Source of the DNA: Gammaproteobacteria bacterium
Lineage (GTDB): Bacteria; Pseudomonadota; Gammaproteobacteria; Ga0077536
DNA length: 64,000 nucleotides
Direction of reading: 5' to 3'
Assembly (NCBI GenBank): GCA_047611805.1
Contig: JBLFWX010000017.1
Coordinates: 3,703 to 67,702, forward strand
Shown here: piece by piece, positions 56,680 through 64,000 of the stretch
Layout: each line of letters opens with the position of its first letter
Position numbering within the stretch: position 1 is the stretch's first letter
The notes under the pieces: generated by a model
Database searches by the model: none
What the model was told of the DNA's origin: nothing
The model's input: the letters and a program-made list of their open reading frames with translations, nothing else
Made by a program: the position numbers and the translations under genes

Positions 56680-56901
56680 TTATATCGGCGAGTCATCCAT
56701 TGCTTTGGTTAACGCTTCCGGACGCAAGTATTTTGCCGCTTCTTTGGCTATTTCTTCAGTCTCGGCGCGCGCTTGAACAACATGCCAGAGCAGCCAAAGT
56801 ACGACCCCGATCACGGTTAACCACATCTCGCTGCCAACGAAAGGATACATTGGTCCGATTTCCATTAAGTTGACGTTCCAAGATTCGATCCCAGTATTCA
56901 T
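56680..56901 (-). CDS. small membrane protein downstream of amt (73 aa)
   Basis: One TM helix (MWLTVIGVVLWLLWHVV). There is a 4-nt gap after the amt stop. Confidence 0.45.
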   Translation of the reverse strand: MNTGIESWNVNLMEIGPMYPFVGSEMWLTVIGVVLWLLWHVVQARAETEEIAKEAAKYLRPEALTKAMDDSPI

Positions 56902-56905
56902 GTCG

Positions 56906-58318
56906 CTATGCTCCCCCTGTTTGCGCTTGCGCTGCAGCCCGTGACGCCGCCGAGACGGCCTGCGCGTCAGCGCGCGCGTCCTCGTTTTCGCTCATATCGA
57001 GTCCAGCAAGTTCGATTGCCGCGGGTACGCGCAAGCGCCCCATACGGTTTAAGATCCCGGCAGCCACATAGCCCGGAATAAATCCGAGCACAACGAACAT
57101 GATGATTGCGCCAAGCAATTGCCCCCAGGGCGTGATCGCCGCGTATTCAGGATTCATCGACGATGGGTAGCCCCACAACATAAATCCAGCGATAACTACA
57201 CCGTAGAATCCAGCATACCCGTGTACGGCAACCGCGCCGACCGCGTCATCGATAAGAAAACGTTTCTCAACCCAATAGTGCATTTTGTAAGCAACGATTG
57301 CCGCCCCGCCGCCAATCAACATCGCTTGGATCGGATGGTACAAATCATTTCCGGCGGAGGCGCCGATGACCCCAGCGAGACCGAGTGAATAAGTCCAAAA
57401 TGCATCGCCTTTGGATATCAGGTAACCGACGAGCATTCCTCCAGATAATGACATCAAGAAATTAAACGTAATCGCAGACGTTGATGTGGGCGCGAGATAA
57501 ATATTGGTCGTCGAGAAGAACGATCCTTCCATGCCGGCTGCTGTCCCGATATCGAGTATCGGAATATTGCAGGCGACGTAGAAGCCCCAGAAACCGGTGT
57601 AAATCAAAAACAAACCGATCGTAACCAACCATGGATTGCGCGGGCGAATGTTCCGCGGCGTTCCATCAGGTGCGAACTTGCCGATCCGCGCGCCAAGATG
57701 AATTAACACACCGAGCGCGAACCCGCCCGCAATGGCATGGATAACACCAGAGGCATAAGCATCGTGATAGCCCAATTTTTGGACCATCCAGCCATCGGCC
57801 GACCAACCCCAGGCGGCGTCGATGATCCAACAAAACGAACCGATCAGAATGGCGAGGATCCAGAAAGCACCTGATCGAATACGCTCGATGACTGCTCCGG
57901 AAACGATCGACGCTGCGGTCCAAGAGAACAGTAAAAACGCGGCCCAAAACACGCCGTTGATGTGCGCCCAGGCCATCGTGTCGTCCGCAGTTAACGAATC
58001 TTGCACGGGTGCGCCACCCATGTGTGTACCCATTAACTCACTCCACGGCGTGGCCCATGGCGCGCTGTTCAATCCACCGGTGATTCCGGGTCCATTTTGT
58101 AATGCAAAGTAAAGCCACCAACCGAAAAAGTAGAACGTGATCGTAACCAAAGGGATCAGCATTGTGTTTTTCATCAGCGTATGAATCATGTTTTTCTGGC
58201 GCGAGGCGCCAACTTCGTACATGCAAAAACCGACGTGGATGAGAAACATGAGTACTACTGTGATCCAGTAATAGACCTCTGTAAAGATGATCGTTAATGC
58301 TTCAAGTTGATTATCCAT
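56906..58318 (-). CDS. amt: ammonium transporter (Amt family)
   Basis: About 11 TM helices. ...DDAVGAVAVHGYAGFYGV... and ...HAIAGGFALGV.... The probable start is M25 of the ORF-track frame. Confidence 0.9.
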   Translation of the reverse strand: MDNQLEALTIIFTEVYYWITVVLMFLIHVGFCMYEVGASRQKNMIHTLMKNTMLIPLVTITFYFFGWWLYFALQNGPGITGGLNSAPWATPWSELMGTHMGGAPVQDSLTADDTMAWAHINGVFWAAFLLFSWTAASIVSGAVIERIRSGAFWILAILIGSFCWIIDAAWGWSADGWMVQKLGYHDAYASGVIHAIAGGFALGVLIHLGARIGKFAPDGTPRNIRPRNPWLVTIGLFLIYTGFWGFYVACNIPILDIGTAAGMEGSFFSTTNIYLAPTSTSAITFNFLMSLSGGMLVGYLISKGDAFWTYSLGLAGVIGASAGNDLYHPIQAMLIGGGAAIVAYKMHYWVEKRFLIDDAVGAVAVHGYAGFYGVVIAGFMLWGYPSSMNPEYAAITPWGQLLGAIIMFVVLGFIPGYVAAGILNRMGRLRVPAAIELAGLDMSENEDARADAQAVSAASRAAAQAQTGGA

Positions 58319-58547
58319 GTTGACACTATGCTCGTTGTCCCGCGTTGTGGGTAGTAAAATGCATCCGCCATTGGGTGCGCACGCGTCCATTCTGGCGAGA
58401 AGCGTTGGATGACGTGTCTACCGAAGCGAGGTGATGCGCGCAGGTCACGCCTTTTCGTCTAACGGCCCCAAGCTTTCTGCTAGTGATGCATTACTGTCAA
58501 GTGACAAACAATGCCCATCTAGTTCGAACTATTCACGAGATGAACAA

Positions 58548-59102
58548 TCAATTGCCCTCAGCGACCGCCTGCGACCAATGCGGTTCGAATTTCAGAATTT
58601 GCGCGGGACCACGAAGACGAGGATTGAACATCGCGTTGTGCCAATAGGTGGCGCGATAGTGCGGATCAGAATCAGGTAGCTTGTGCACTGTACAAGGGAT
58701 ATGAAAACTTTGATTCCCCTGCATGTACTCGAGTGTGCAGGTCGCAGCGGCGAGGAGCGTTTCGGCAGTCTTCGACTCCAAGTTAAATAAGGCAGTCGGC
58801 GAGTCGGAAAATTCCCGTGGATATTGATAGTAGACATTTTGCAGGATACGAACGGCTGCCTCATAGCGCTCCAACGGATCATGGGTGGTGCGCACAATAT
58901 GCTGGAATAGCGCGATGGCATGCTCCGGCGAGTCTTTGACGATTAGTGTGACGATCGGACCGAGACGCGAGCGATTTTCCACCACAGCTTCCGGACACAT
59001 GCCTGCGCTCGGTCGGCCATCGCTGCGACGCACCACATGCTGGCGCAAACGGCACTGCCATCCTAGGAAAACTGCGGCAACATCATCGGCTTGGTCAATC
59101 AT
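58548..59102 (-). CDS. hypothetical protein (184 aa)
   Basis: A long ORF with protein-like composition. No family recognised. Confidence 0.45.
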   Translation of the reverse strand: MIDQADDVAAVFLGWQCRLRQHVVRRSDGRPSAGMCPEAVVENRSRLGPIVTLIVKDSPEHAIALFQHIVRTTHDPLERYEAAVRILQNVYYQYPREFSDSPTALFNLESKTAETLLAAATCTLEYMQGNQSFHIPCTVHKLPDSDPHYRATYWHNAMFNPRLRGPAQILKFEPHWSQAVAEGN

Positions 59103-59117
59103 CAGTTTGCGACTCGA

Positions 59118-59546
59118 TCACACCAGCATGCTGCCGGCGAATTGGGGTAGGCCATCGTTAATATTGTAACAACGTGTTGGCTGGTCAACGTAAATATGGC
59201 GCGCGCCATGCAATCCTGATCCATCATCAATCGCTCCCGCTGCGATACCGACATAGGGCTGTGCTTGAGGTTCCCAGAACATCGAGCTACCGCAGTTCGT
59301 ACAAAAGCCGCGGCGCGCCCAAGACGAAGATTGGACCCAGCGCAAATTGTTTGTGGCCGCGACGTGTAAGAGCGCTTTAGGAGTCGCCGAATACGCCGCG
59401 AATGTACCGTGCCAGCGGCGGCACTGCGCACAATGGCAGTAAACTAAATCGCGCAATTGCGTCGTGCTGAAGCGCGTTTTAGCGCATAAACAACTGCCGC
59501 TGAATTGACCTTCTCTATAGTGTAGTCGCTGAGTTTGTTTTACCAC
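59118..59546 (-). CDS. GFA family protein
   Basis: CLCAKTRF...CHCAQCRRWHG...CTNCGS. Confidence 0.8.
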   Translation of the reverse strand: MVKQTQRLHYREGQFSGSCLCAKTRFSTTQLRDLVYCHCAQCRRWHGTFAAYSATPKALLHVAATNNLRWVQSSSWARRGFCTNCGSSMFWEPQAQPYVGIAAGAIDDGSGLHGARHIYVDQPTRCYNINDGLPQFAGSMLV

Positions 59547-59582
59547 GCTGGCGGCCGCCGAATGTTCAATTAGAATCTCTGC

Positions 59583-60461
59583 ATGATAGATCTAAAATTG
59601 ACGCAGCAGAACATCGAACAATTTTCGCTCGATCGTTTTATTGTGCTCGAGAACATTATTGATTTGACGGCGCTGCGATGCTTGCGCGAACGTTATGACG
59701 CGCTCTTTGCCGGGGATTTCGAATCAGGTTTATTGCCTGATGAAGTGAATTGGCGGGAAGGTCGTGACCGCGCGGACGCGACTCGGCAAATTTGCAACGC
59801 ATGGAAAGGCGATCGTTTTGTCGCCGAGGTGATGCTCGGTGAACATATTGGCCGGGCCTGTGCGATGCTCGGCGGCTGGCCAGGCGCGCGTATCAATCAG
59901 GATAATTGTTTCTGGAAGCCGCCGGGAGGCTCGGCCGTCGGTTTCCATCAGAATTCAGGGTACGAAAACTGCGTCGTTCCATCAGATATGGTGAGTGCCT
60001 GGATCGCACTCGACGATACAACATTGGAAGGTGCGAGTGTTGAATATATTCGCAGCTCCCATCGTTGGGGCGAGGCTGAAATGATCGAGAACTTTCACGC
60101 GCCAGACGATCCGTTTATGGAAATGCGCGAGGCTGCGAGCAGGGCGGGAATCGATGAACCCGATCACGTAAAGGTCGTTGTGCCGGCGGGTGGCGGCGTA
60201 TTCCACCACGGACGGACCTGGCATGGGTCGCAAATTAATCACTCACCGCGGGTGAGGCGCTCAATAGTTGCGCATTGCATGGCATCCGAGGCGCGCCATC
60301 ATCCCGTCATTGTGAGCCCGATATACAGTCGCTACAAGCGCTTCAACGATGACCCCCTGGACGAAACCTATTTCCCGATCTTGTGGCGCAACGATGGCTA
60401 CCGTACGCCGTTCCTCGATACCTATTCAAGACGGGAAATAGGCTGGGGCGGCGCCTACTAG
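59583..60461 (+). CDS. phytanoyl-CoA dioxygenase (PhyH) family protein
   Basis: ...VGFHQNSGY...SAWIALDDTTLEGASVEYIRSSH...WHGSQINHSPRVRRS. Confidence 0.7.
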   Translation: MIDLKLTQQNIEQFSLDRFIVLENIIDLTALRCLRERYDALFAGDFESGLLPDEVNWREGRDRADATRQICNAWKGDRFVAEVMLGEHIGRACAMLGGWPGARINQDNCFWKPPGGSAVGFHQNSGYENCVVPSDMVSAWIALDDTTLEGASVEYIRSSHRWGEAEMIENFHAPDDPFMEMREAASRAGIDEPDHVKVVVPAGGGVFHHGRTWHGSQINHSPRVRRSIVAHCMASEARHHPVIVSPIYSRYKRFNDDPLDETYFPILWRNDGYRTPFLDTYSRREIGWGGAY

Positions 60462-60878
60462 ACGTCGGGTTTTCTGATGAAGAACTGAAAAGGGCAATTT
60501 GAACACTCCAACAAACCCGCATCGAATTGAATAACGCGGTAACCCGTATCGGCAGCGCACCGTGCCTGCGTTTAGAGTTGCATCGTGTCGAATTGTAAGA
60601 CTGCGAAAAAGTATTTGGTGTCTATGTCGTGCCCTGACTAAGCGAGACGATCGTAATTTAACGGTCGCCTTCACCGCACGAGGCCGGCAAATGCACGGCC
60701 AGGCAGCATGTCCACCATCCGACAACGATAGTCGCACTCACGATTGCAGCGCCGAACATCGCCAGGTGCTCTTTTAATCGATAACGTAAGTAGCCTGGGA
60801 CGAAATCACGCCCCGGGACAAAATCGAACGCGAGCCGGGTCAATCGATACGTCTAAGCTTTTTAAACCTTGCTTGCGC

Positions 60879-61271
60879 TTATTCGAACTTCCCATAGGCG
60901 CGGCGCAACTCAACTAGCGGATGATTCGGCGACATCTGAAACTTAACCAGTAGTTCACGCGCGATCATATCGCGGTCTTGTTGGTTATCCGGCAGGGCAA
61001 TATCTTCTGGCACCGTGACCCAGCCGTTGATATTGCGATCGAACACTGCCGCACGTCCTTCTTCGTAACCCATGTGCACGTCTTCTAGCCAGTTCAAATC
61101 TGGCCAACCCATATGGTCGATGTATTTTTGCAAATACGGAGTTACGCGAGCGTAGTCGGGTACGAGATTAACGTCGTAGCGGTAGCCGATCGTTTGACCG
61201 ATCATCTTTTCTCGATCGGAGTCGATTCCGTCCGATTTCAGATAGTGATCGATATCGTTGGAAGTTGTCAT
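60879..61271 (-). CDS. hypothetical protein (130 aa) downstream of the glutamate-synthase-like trio
   Basis: A long ORF 29 nt after the FMN-subunit gene. No family recognised. Confidence 0.45.
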   Translation of the reverse strand: MTTSNDIDHYLKSDGIDSDREKMIGQTIGYRYDVNLVPDYARVTPYLQKYIDHMGWPDLNWLEDVHMGYEEGRAAVFDRNINGWVTVPEDIALPDNQQDRDMIARELLVKFQMSPNHPLVELRRAYGKFE

Positions 61272-61300
61272 TTGATCCTTCTCCTTAAACTATAGCGCCA

Positions 61301-62638
61301 TTAGAACCGGGTCATGTCAGGTCGACCGACGGTGTGTTGTGAACCGGCTAGTGGCACTTGCGCCATCGCCGAGGCTTCCATGGTTAACGCCGCTAAGTCT
61401 TCCGGTTCTAAGGAGTGCACGTTGGTCTTGCCGCAAGCTCGCGCCATCATCTGGCATTCAATGGCGAGACAATGGAGAAAGTTGTAGACCCGCTCTGCCG
61501 CTTCATCCGGATTTAAGCGCTTGCGCAACTCTGGATCCTGAGTTGCGACCCCGACTGGGCAGCGTCCGGTATGGCAGTGATAGCAGAACCCCGCTTTTAC
61601 GCCGATTTCTTTTTCGTAGTCCGCCTCAGGGATATCTTTATTGCAATTCAGAGCCATCAAAGATGAGTGACCAATGGCCACGGCGTCCGCACCTAGCGCA
61701 AGTGCCTTCGCTACATCACCGCCGTTTCGGATCCCGCCAGCGTAGATGAGCGTCACATCACCGCTTTTGCCAACATCATCGAGCGCACGGCGCGCCTGAC
61801 GAATGGCCGCGATGCCAGGCACACCGGTTTCCTCTGCGGCCAGATGCGGACCCGCACCGGTGCCGCCTTCCATGCCGTCGATATAGATCGCGTCTGGATC
61901 GCATTTCGCCGCCATGCGCACATCGTCGTAGACTCGGGCGGCGCCGAGTTTGAGCTGGATCGGGATCTCCCAATTGGTTACTTCCCGGATTTCTTGGATC
62001 TTCAGTGCCAAGTCGTCAGGTCCGAGCCAGTCTGGGTGGCGGGCCGGCGAGCGTTGGTCGATGCCGGCTGGCAAGGAGCGCATTTCCGCTACTTGGTCGG
62101 TCACTTTCTGGCCCATCAAATGTCCGCCGAGACCGACTTTGCAACCTTGGCCGATAAAGAACTCGCAGGCATCGGCAAGACGCAAATGTTGCGGATTGAA
62201 GCCGTAGCGCGACTGGATGCACTGGTAAAACCATTTCTCGGAATACCGCCGCTCGTCTGGGATCATGCCGCCTTCCCCCGAACACGTCGCGGTGCCGGCC
62301 ATCGTCGCGCCTCGCGCCAAAGCGGTTTTTGCCTCATGCGATAGCGCACCGAAACTCATCCCTGTAATGTAAATCGGAATGTCGAGTACGAGCGGTCGCT
62401 TACAGCGCGGACCGATGATCGTTTTCGTTTCGCACTTCTCGCGGTAGCCCTCGATCACGAAGCGGGTCAAGGTGCCGGGTAGGAAGGTCAAATCGTCCCA
62501 ATTTGGGATCTTTTTGAACATCGAAAACCCGCGCATACGATAACGCCCAAGTTCGGACTTCACGTGGATATCGTTGATCACTTCCGGCGTGAAGATCGGG
62601 CTTTTACCCAGGATGTATTTATCGTCGTCGCTAGACAT
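61301..62638 (-). CDS. FMN-binding glutamate-synthase-family protein (GltB3/MgsC-like)
   Basis: 445 aa. ...IDGMEGGTGAGP..., ...CHTGRCPVGVATQDPELRKR.... Confidence 0.85.
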   Translation of the reverse strand: MSSDDDKYILGKSPIFTPEVINDIHVKSELGRYRMRGFSMFKKIPNWDDLTFLPGTLTRFVIEGYREKCETKTIIGPRCKRPLVLDIPIYITGMSFGALSHEAKTALARGATMAGTATCSGEGGMIPDERRYSEKWFYQCIQSRYGFNPQHLRLADACEFFIGQGCKVGLGGHLMGQKVTDQVAEMRSLPAGIDQRSPARHPDWLGPDDLALKIQEIREVTNWEIPIQLKLGAARVYDDVRMAAKCDPDAIYIDGMEGGTGAGPHLAAEETGVPGIAAIRQARRALDDVGKSGDVTLIYAGGIRNGGDVAKALALGADAVAIGHSSLMALNCNKDIPEADYEKEIGVKAGFCYHCHTGRCPVGVATQDPELRKRLNPDEAAERVYNFLHCLAIECQMMARACGKTNVHSLEPEDLAALTMEASAMAQVPLAGSQHTVGRPDMTRF

Positions 62639-62652
62639 AGTTTATTCCTAAA

Positions 62653-63495
62653 TTACAAGATGAGCTTCTTCTCGCTCGGCTCGAGGTTGTCGTAATTCCA
62701 CAGTTGCTTGCCGGACACGATTTTCGTCATGTTCTCAATGCCGTTGCGAGCCTCAAGACCAAATAGTCCAAGTTTGCGTATTAACCAATCAACGTCGAGC
62801 TGGGTCATTTCTTCAACGACGGCGTCAACGCCTAAGTCTGCGATCTTGCCGCCAATATAAATTGTGCCGTCGTACATCGAGTCACCGAGACTTTTCCCTG
62901 CGTTGCCGAGTACGATCATCCGACCGCGTTGCATCATGAAGCCGCTGAACGCGCCCGTGTCACCGCCGACAATGATCGTGCCGCCCTTCTGGTCGATGCC
63001 GGTGCGCGCGCCGACACTGCCTTTGCAGACGAGATCGCCGCCACGAATGGCGGCGCCGAACGTCGACCCGGCATTTTTTTCAACCACAACTGTGCCCGAC
63101 ATCATGTTTTCCGCACACGACCAACCAACTCTGCCCGTGATGCGTACGTTCGGTCCGTCGAGTAAACCGCAGCCGAAATAGCCGAGACTGCCGTCGAGCA
63201 CGAGATTGAGTCGATTCAATATACCGACCGCGACACTGTGCTTTGCACCCGGGTTACGGAGTGTGATCGAGCCGTAACCTTCTTTCATGAGATTGCGGAT
63301 CTTGATGTTGATCTCATTGGGCGTCATGTCTTGTGCGTCGAACTCGGCGGCGAGCTCGAAATCGACTTCGTAGGTAAACGGCTGAGTCAGGTTTTCTTCT
63401 TCGCTGGCAGAGAAAAACCGCTGCTGGGTGCGCCCTTCGAGCTGCTCTGTATGCATGCCCAGTTCATGGGATGAATGTTCGCCTAGGTTTGCCAT
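62653..63495 (-). CDS. GXGXG-motif glutamate-synthase alpha-subunit C-terminal-domain protein (GltB2/MgsB-like)
   Basis: 280 aa with repeated beta-helix Gly motifs (...VVEKNAGSTFGAAIRGGDLVCKGSVGARTGIDQKGGTIIVGGDTGAFSG...). Confidence 0.85.
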   Translation of the reverse strand: MANLGEHSSHELGMHTEQLEGRTQQRFFSASEEENLTQPFTYEVDFELAAEFDAQDMTPNEINIKIRNLMKEGYGSITLRNPGAKHSVAVGILNRLNLVLDGSLGYFGCGLLDGPNVRITGRVGWSCAENMMSGTVVVEKNAGSTFGAAIRGGDLVCKGSVGARTGIDQKGGTIIVGGDTGAFSGFMMQRGRMIVLGNAGKSLGDSMYDGTIYIGGKIADLGVDAVVEEMTQLDVDWLIRKLGLFGLEARNGIENMTKIVSGKQLWNYDNLEPSEKKLIL

Positions 63496-64000
63496 ACGCG
63501 GACCTCTCCTTCGTAAGGATCAAATGTGTCGATTTCGTGCGGGAAAATACTCCGGATGGCGACCTCTTCTGAGGCAAGACCGACGAATTCGTCGCTTTCA
63601 TACAGCACCATTGGTTTGGCCGCCATCACGTCTTTGGCCATGCCGAGCTGGTCCGATGTTGCGATTAAGTAGGTAAACACACCGTCGAGCTGTTCTATGG
63701 AACGGCGCATCGCGGATTCCAGATCTTCACCAGCGTCTATCGCATCGGCAATATACACCGCGATTAATTCCGAATCGCAGTCGGATGTAAACCGGTGTCC
63801 ACGGCGTTCGAGGGCGCGACGTTGTCCCCAATAATTCGTTAATTGGCCGTTATGCACGACCGCCACATCTGAAAACGGATAGGCCCAGTAAGGATGTGCC
63901 GAGCGAATATCGACGTCGGACTCGGTTGCCATACGGGTGTGACCGATGGCGTGAGTGCCTTTGAAACTTTTCAAACCATATTGATCTGATACTACCGTCG
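63483..64000 (-). CDS. class-II glutamine amidotransferase domain protein (GltB1/MgsA-like); the 5' end lies outside the window
   Basis: GHTRMATESDVDIRSAHPY...VVHNGQLTNY.... The frame is open to the window edge, and the gene overlaps the next gene by 13 nt. Confidence 0.8.
   Translation of the reverse strand, partial: TVVSDQYGLKSFKGTHAIGHTRMATESDVDIRSAHPYWAYPFSDVAVVHNGQLTNYWGQRRALERRGHRFTSDCDSELIAVYIADAIDAGEDLESAMRRSIEQLDGVFTYLIATSDQLGMAKDVMAAKPMVLYESDEFVGLASEEVAIRSIFPHEIDTFDPYEGEVRVWQT

Noticed and set aside
60462-60878. ORFs 60426..60737(-) and 60658..60843(-) in the gap after the PhyH gene.
   Set aside because: The first is Arg/Cys-rich and overlaps the PhyH 3' end in antisense. The second, a 61-codon ORF with one hydrophobic stretch, might be a small membrane protein, but it has no RBS and no conservation evidence.

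Overview
This is a 64-kb chromosomal segment from a proteobacterium, mid-GC by eye. No searches were run; every family call rests on motif recognition. The window holds about 60 protein genes and no rRNA, tRNA or CRISPR. Contents from left to right:

(1) 1-4.3 kb: the aerobic phenylacetate ring-epoxidase operon paaABCDE plus paaX.

(2) 4.3-7.2 kb, convergent on paaX: a tungsten/molybdopterin-type aldehyde:ferredoxin oxidoreductase module made of a 4x[4Fe-4S] subunit, the AOR and a GG-terminated MoaD-like protein. A Cys-less rhodanese-like gene follows.

(3) 8-13.9 kb: acyl-CoA synthetase, DUF1028, an orphan ExeA-like AAA ATPase and an acyl-CoA dehydrogenase.

(4) 13.9-19.35 kb: a compact dedicated exosortase module with one target, a polytopic VIT-vWA protein carrying a PEP-CTERM tail. 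The module sits in a decaying island. The target has an in-frame TGA and a frameshift. A DUF4153-like gene and a sensor kinase next to it are both 5'-truncated head-to-head and carry further stops and frameshifts.

(5) 19.4-23.2 kb: cyclase, amidase and amidohydrolase genes.

(6) about 23.5-31.8 kb: an integron gene-cassette array with clear attC sites but no integrase anywhere in the window (CALIN-like). It carries three divergent paralogous membrane-anchored proteins of unknown function, an ORF-less cassette, two toxin-antitoxin cassettes with dead toxins, an SMR efflux cassette, a dead proline-iminopeptidase-like gene, several small unknown proteins and a Phd/Doc remnant.

(7) 31.9-53.7 kb: a catabolic gene-rich stretch with four luciferase-like monooxygenases, a P450, TauD, SDRs, an ACAD, a thiolase/DUF35 pair, hydrolases, GFA proteins, a class III cyclase and an MFS transporter.

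(8) 53.9-56.5 kb: rtcB followed by a multiply frameshifted unknown gene and a small basic protein.

(9) 56.7-64 kb: an ammonium transporter and a split glutamate-synthase-like (GltB1/2/3, MgsABC-like) trio.

The most interesting material is the integrase-less cassette array and its unknown cassettes, the single-target exosortase module, and the rtcB-linked unknown genes.
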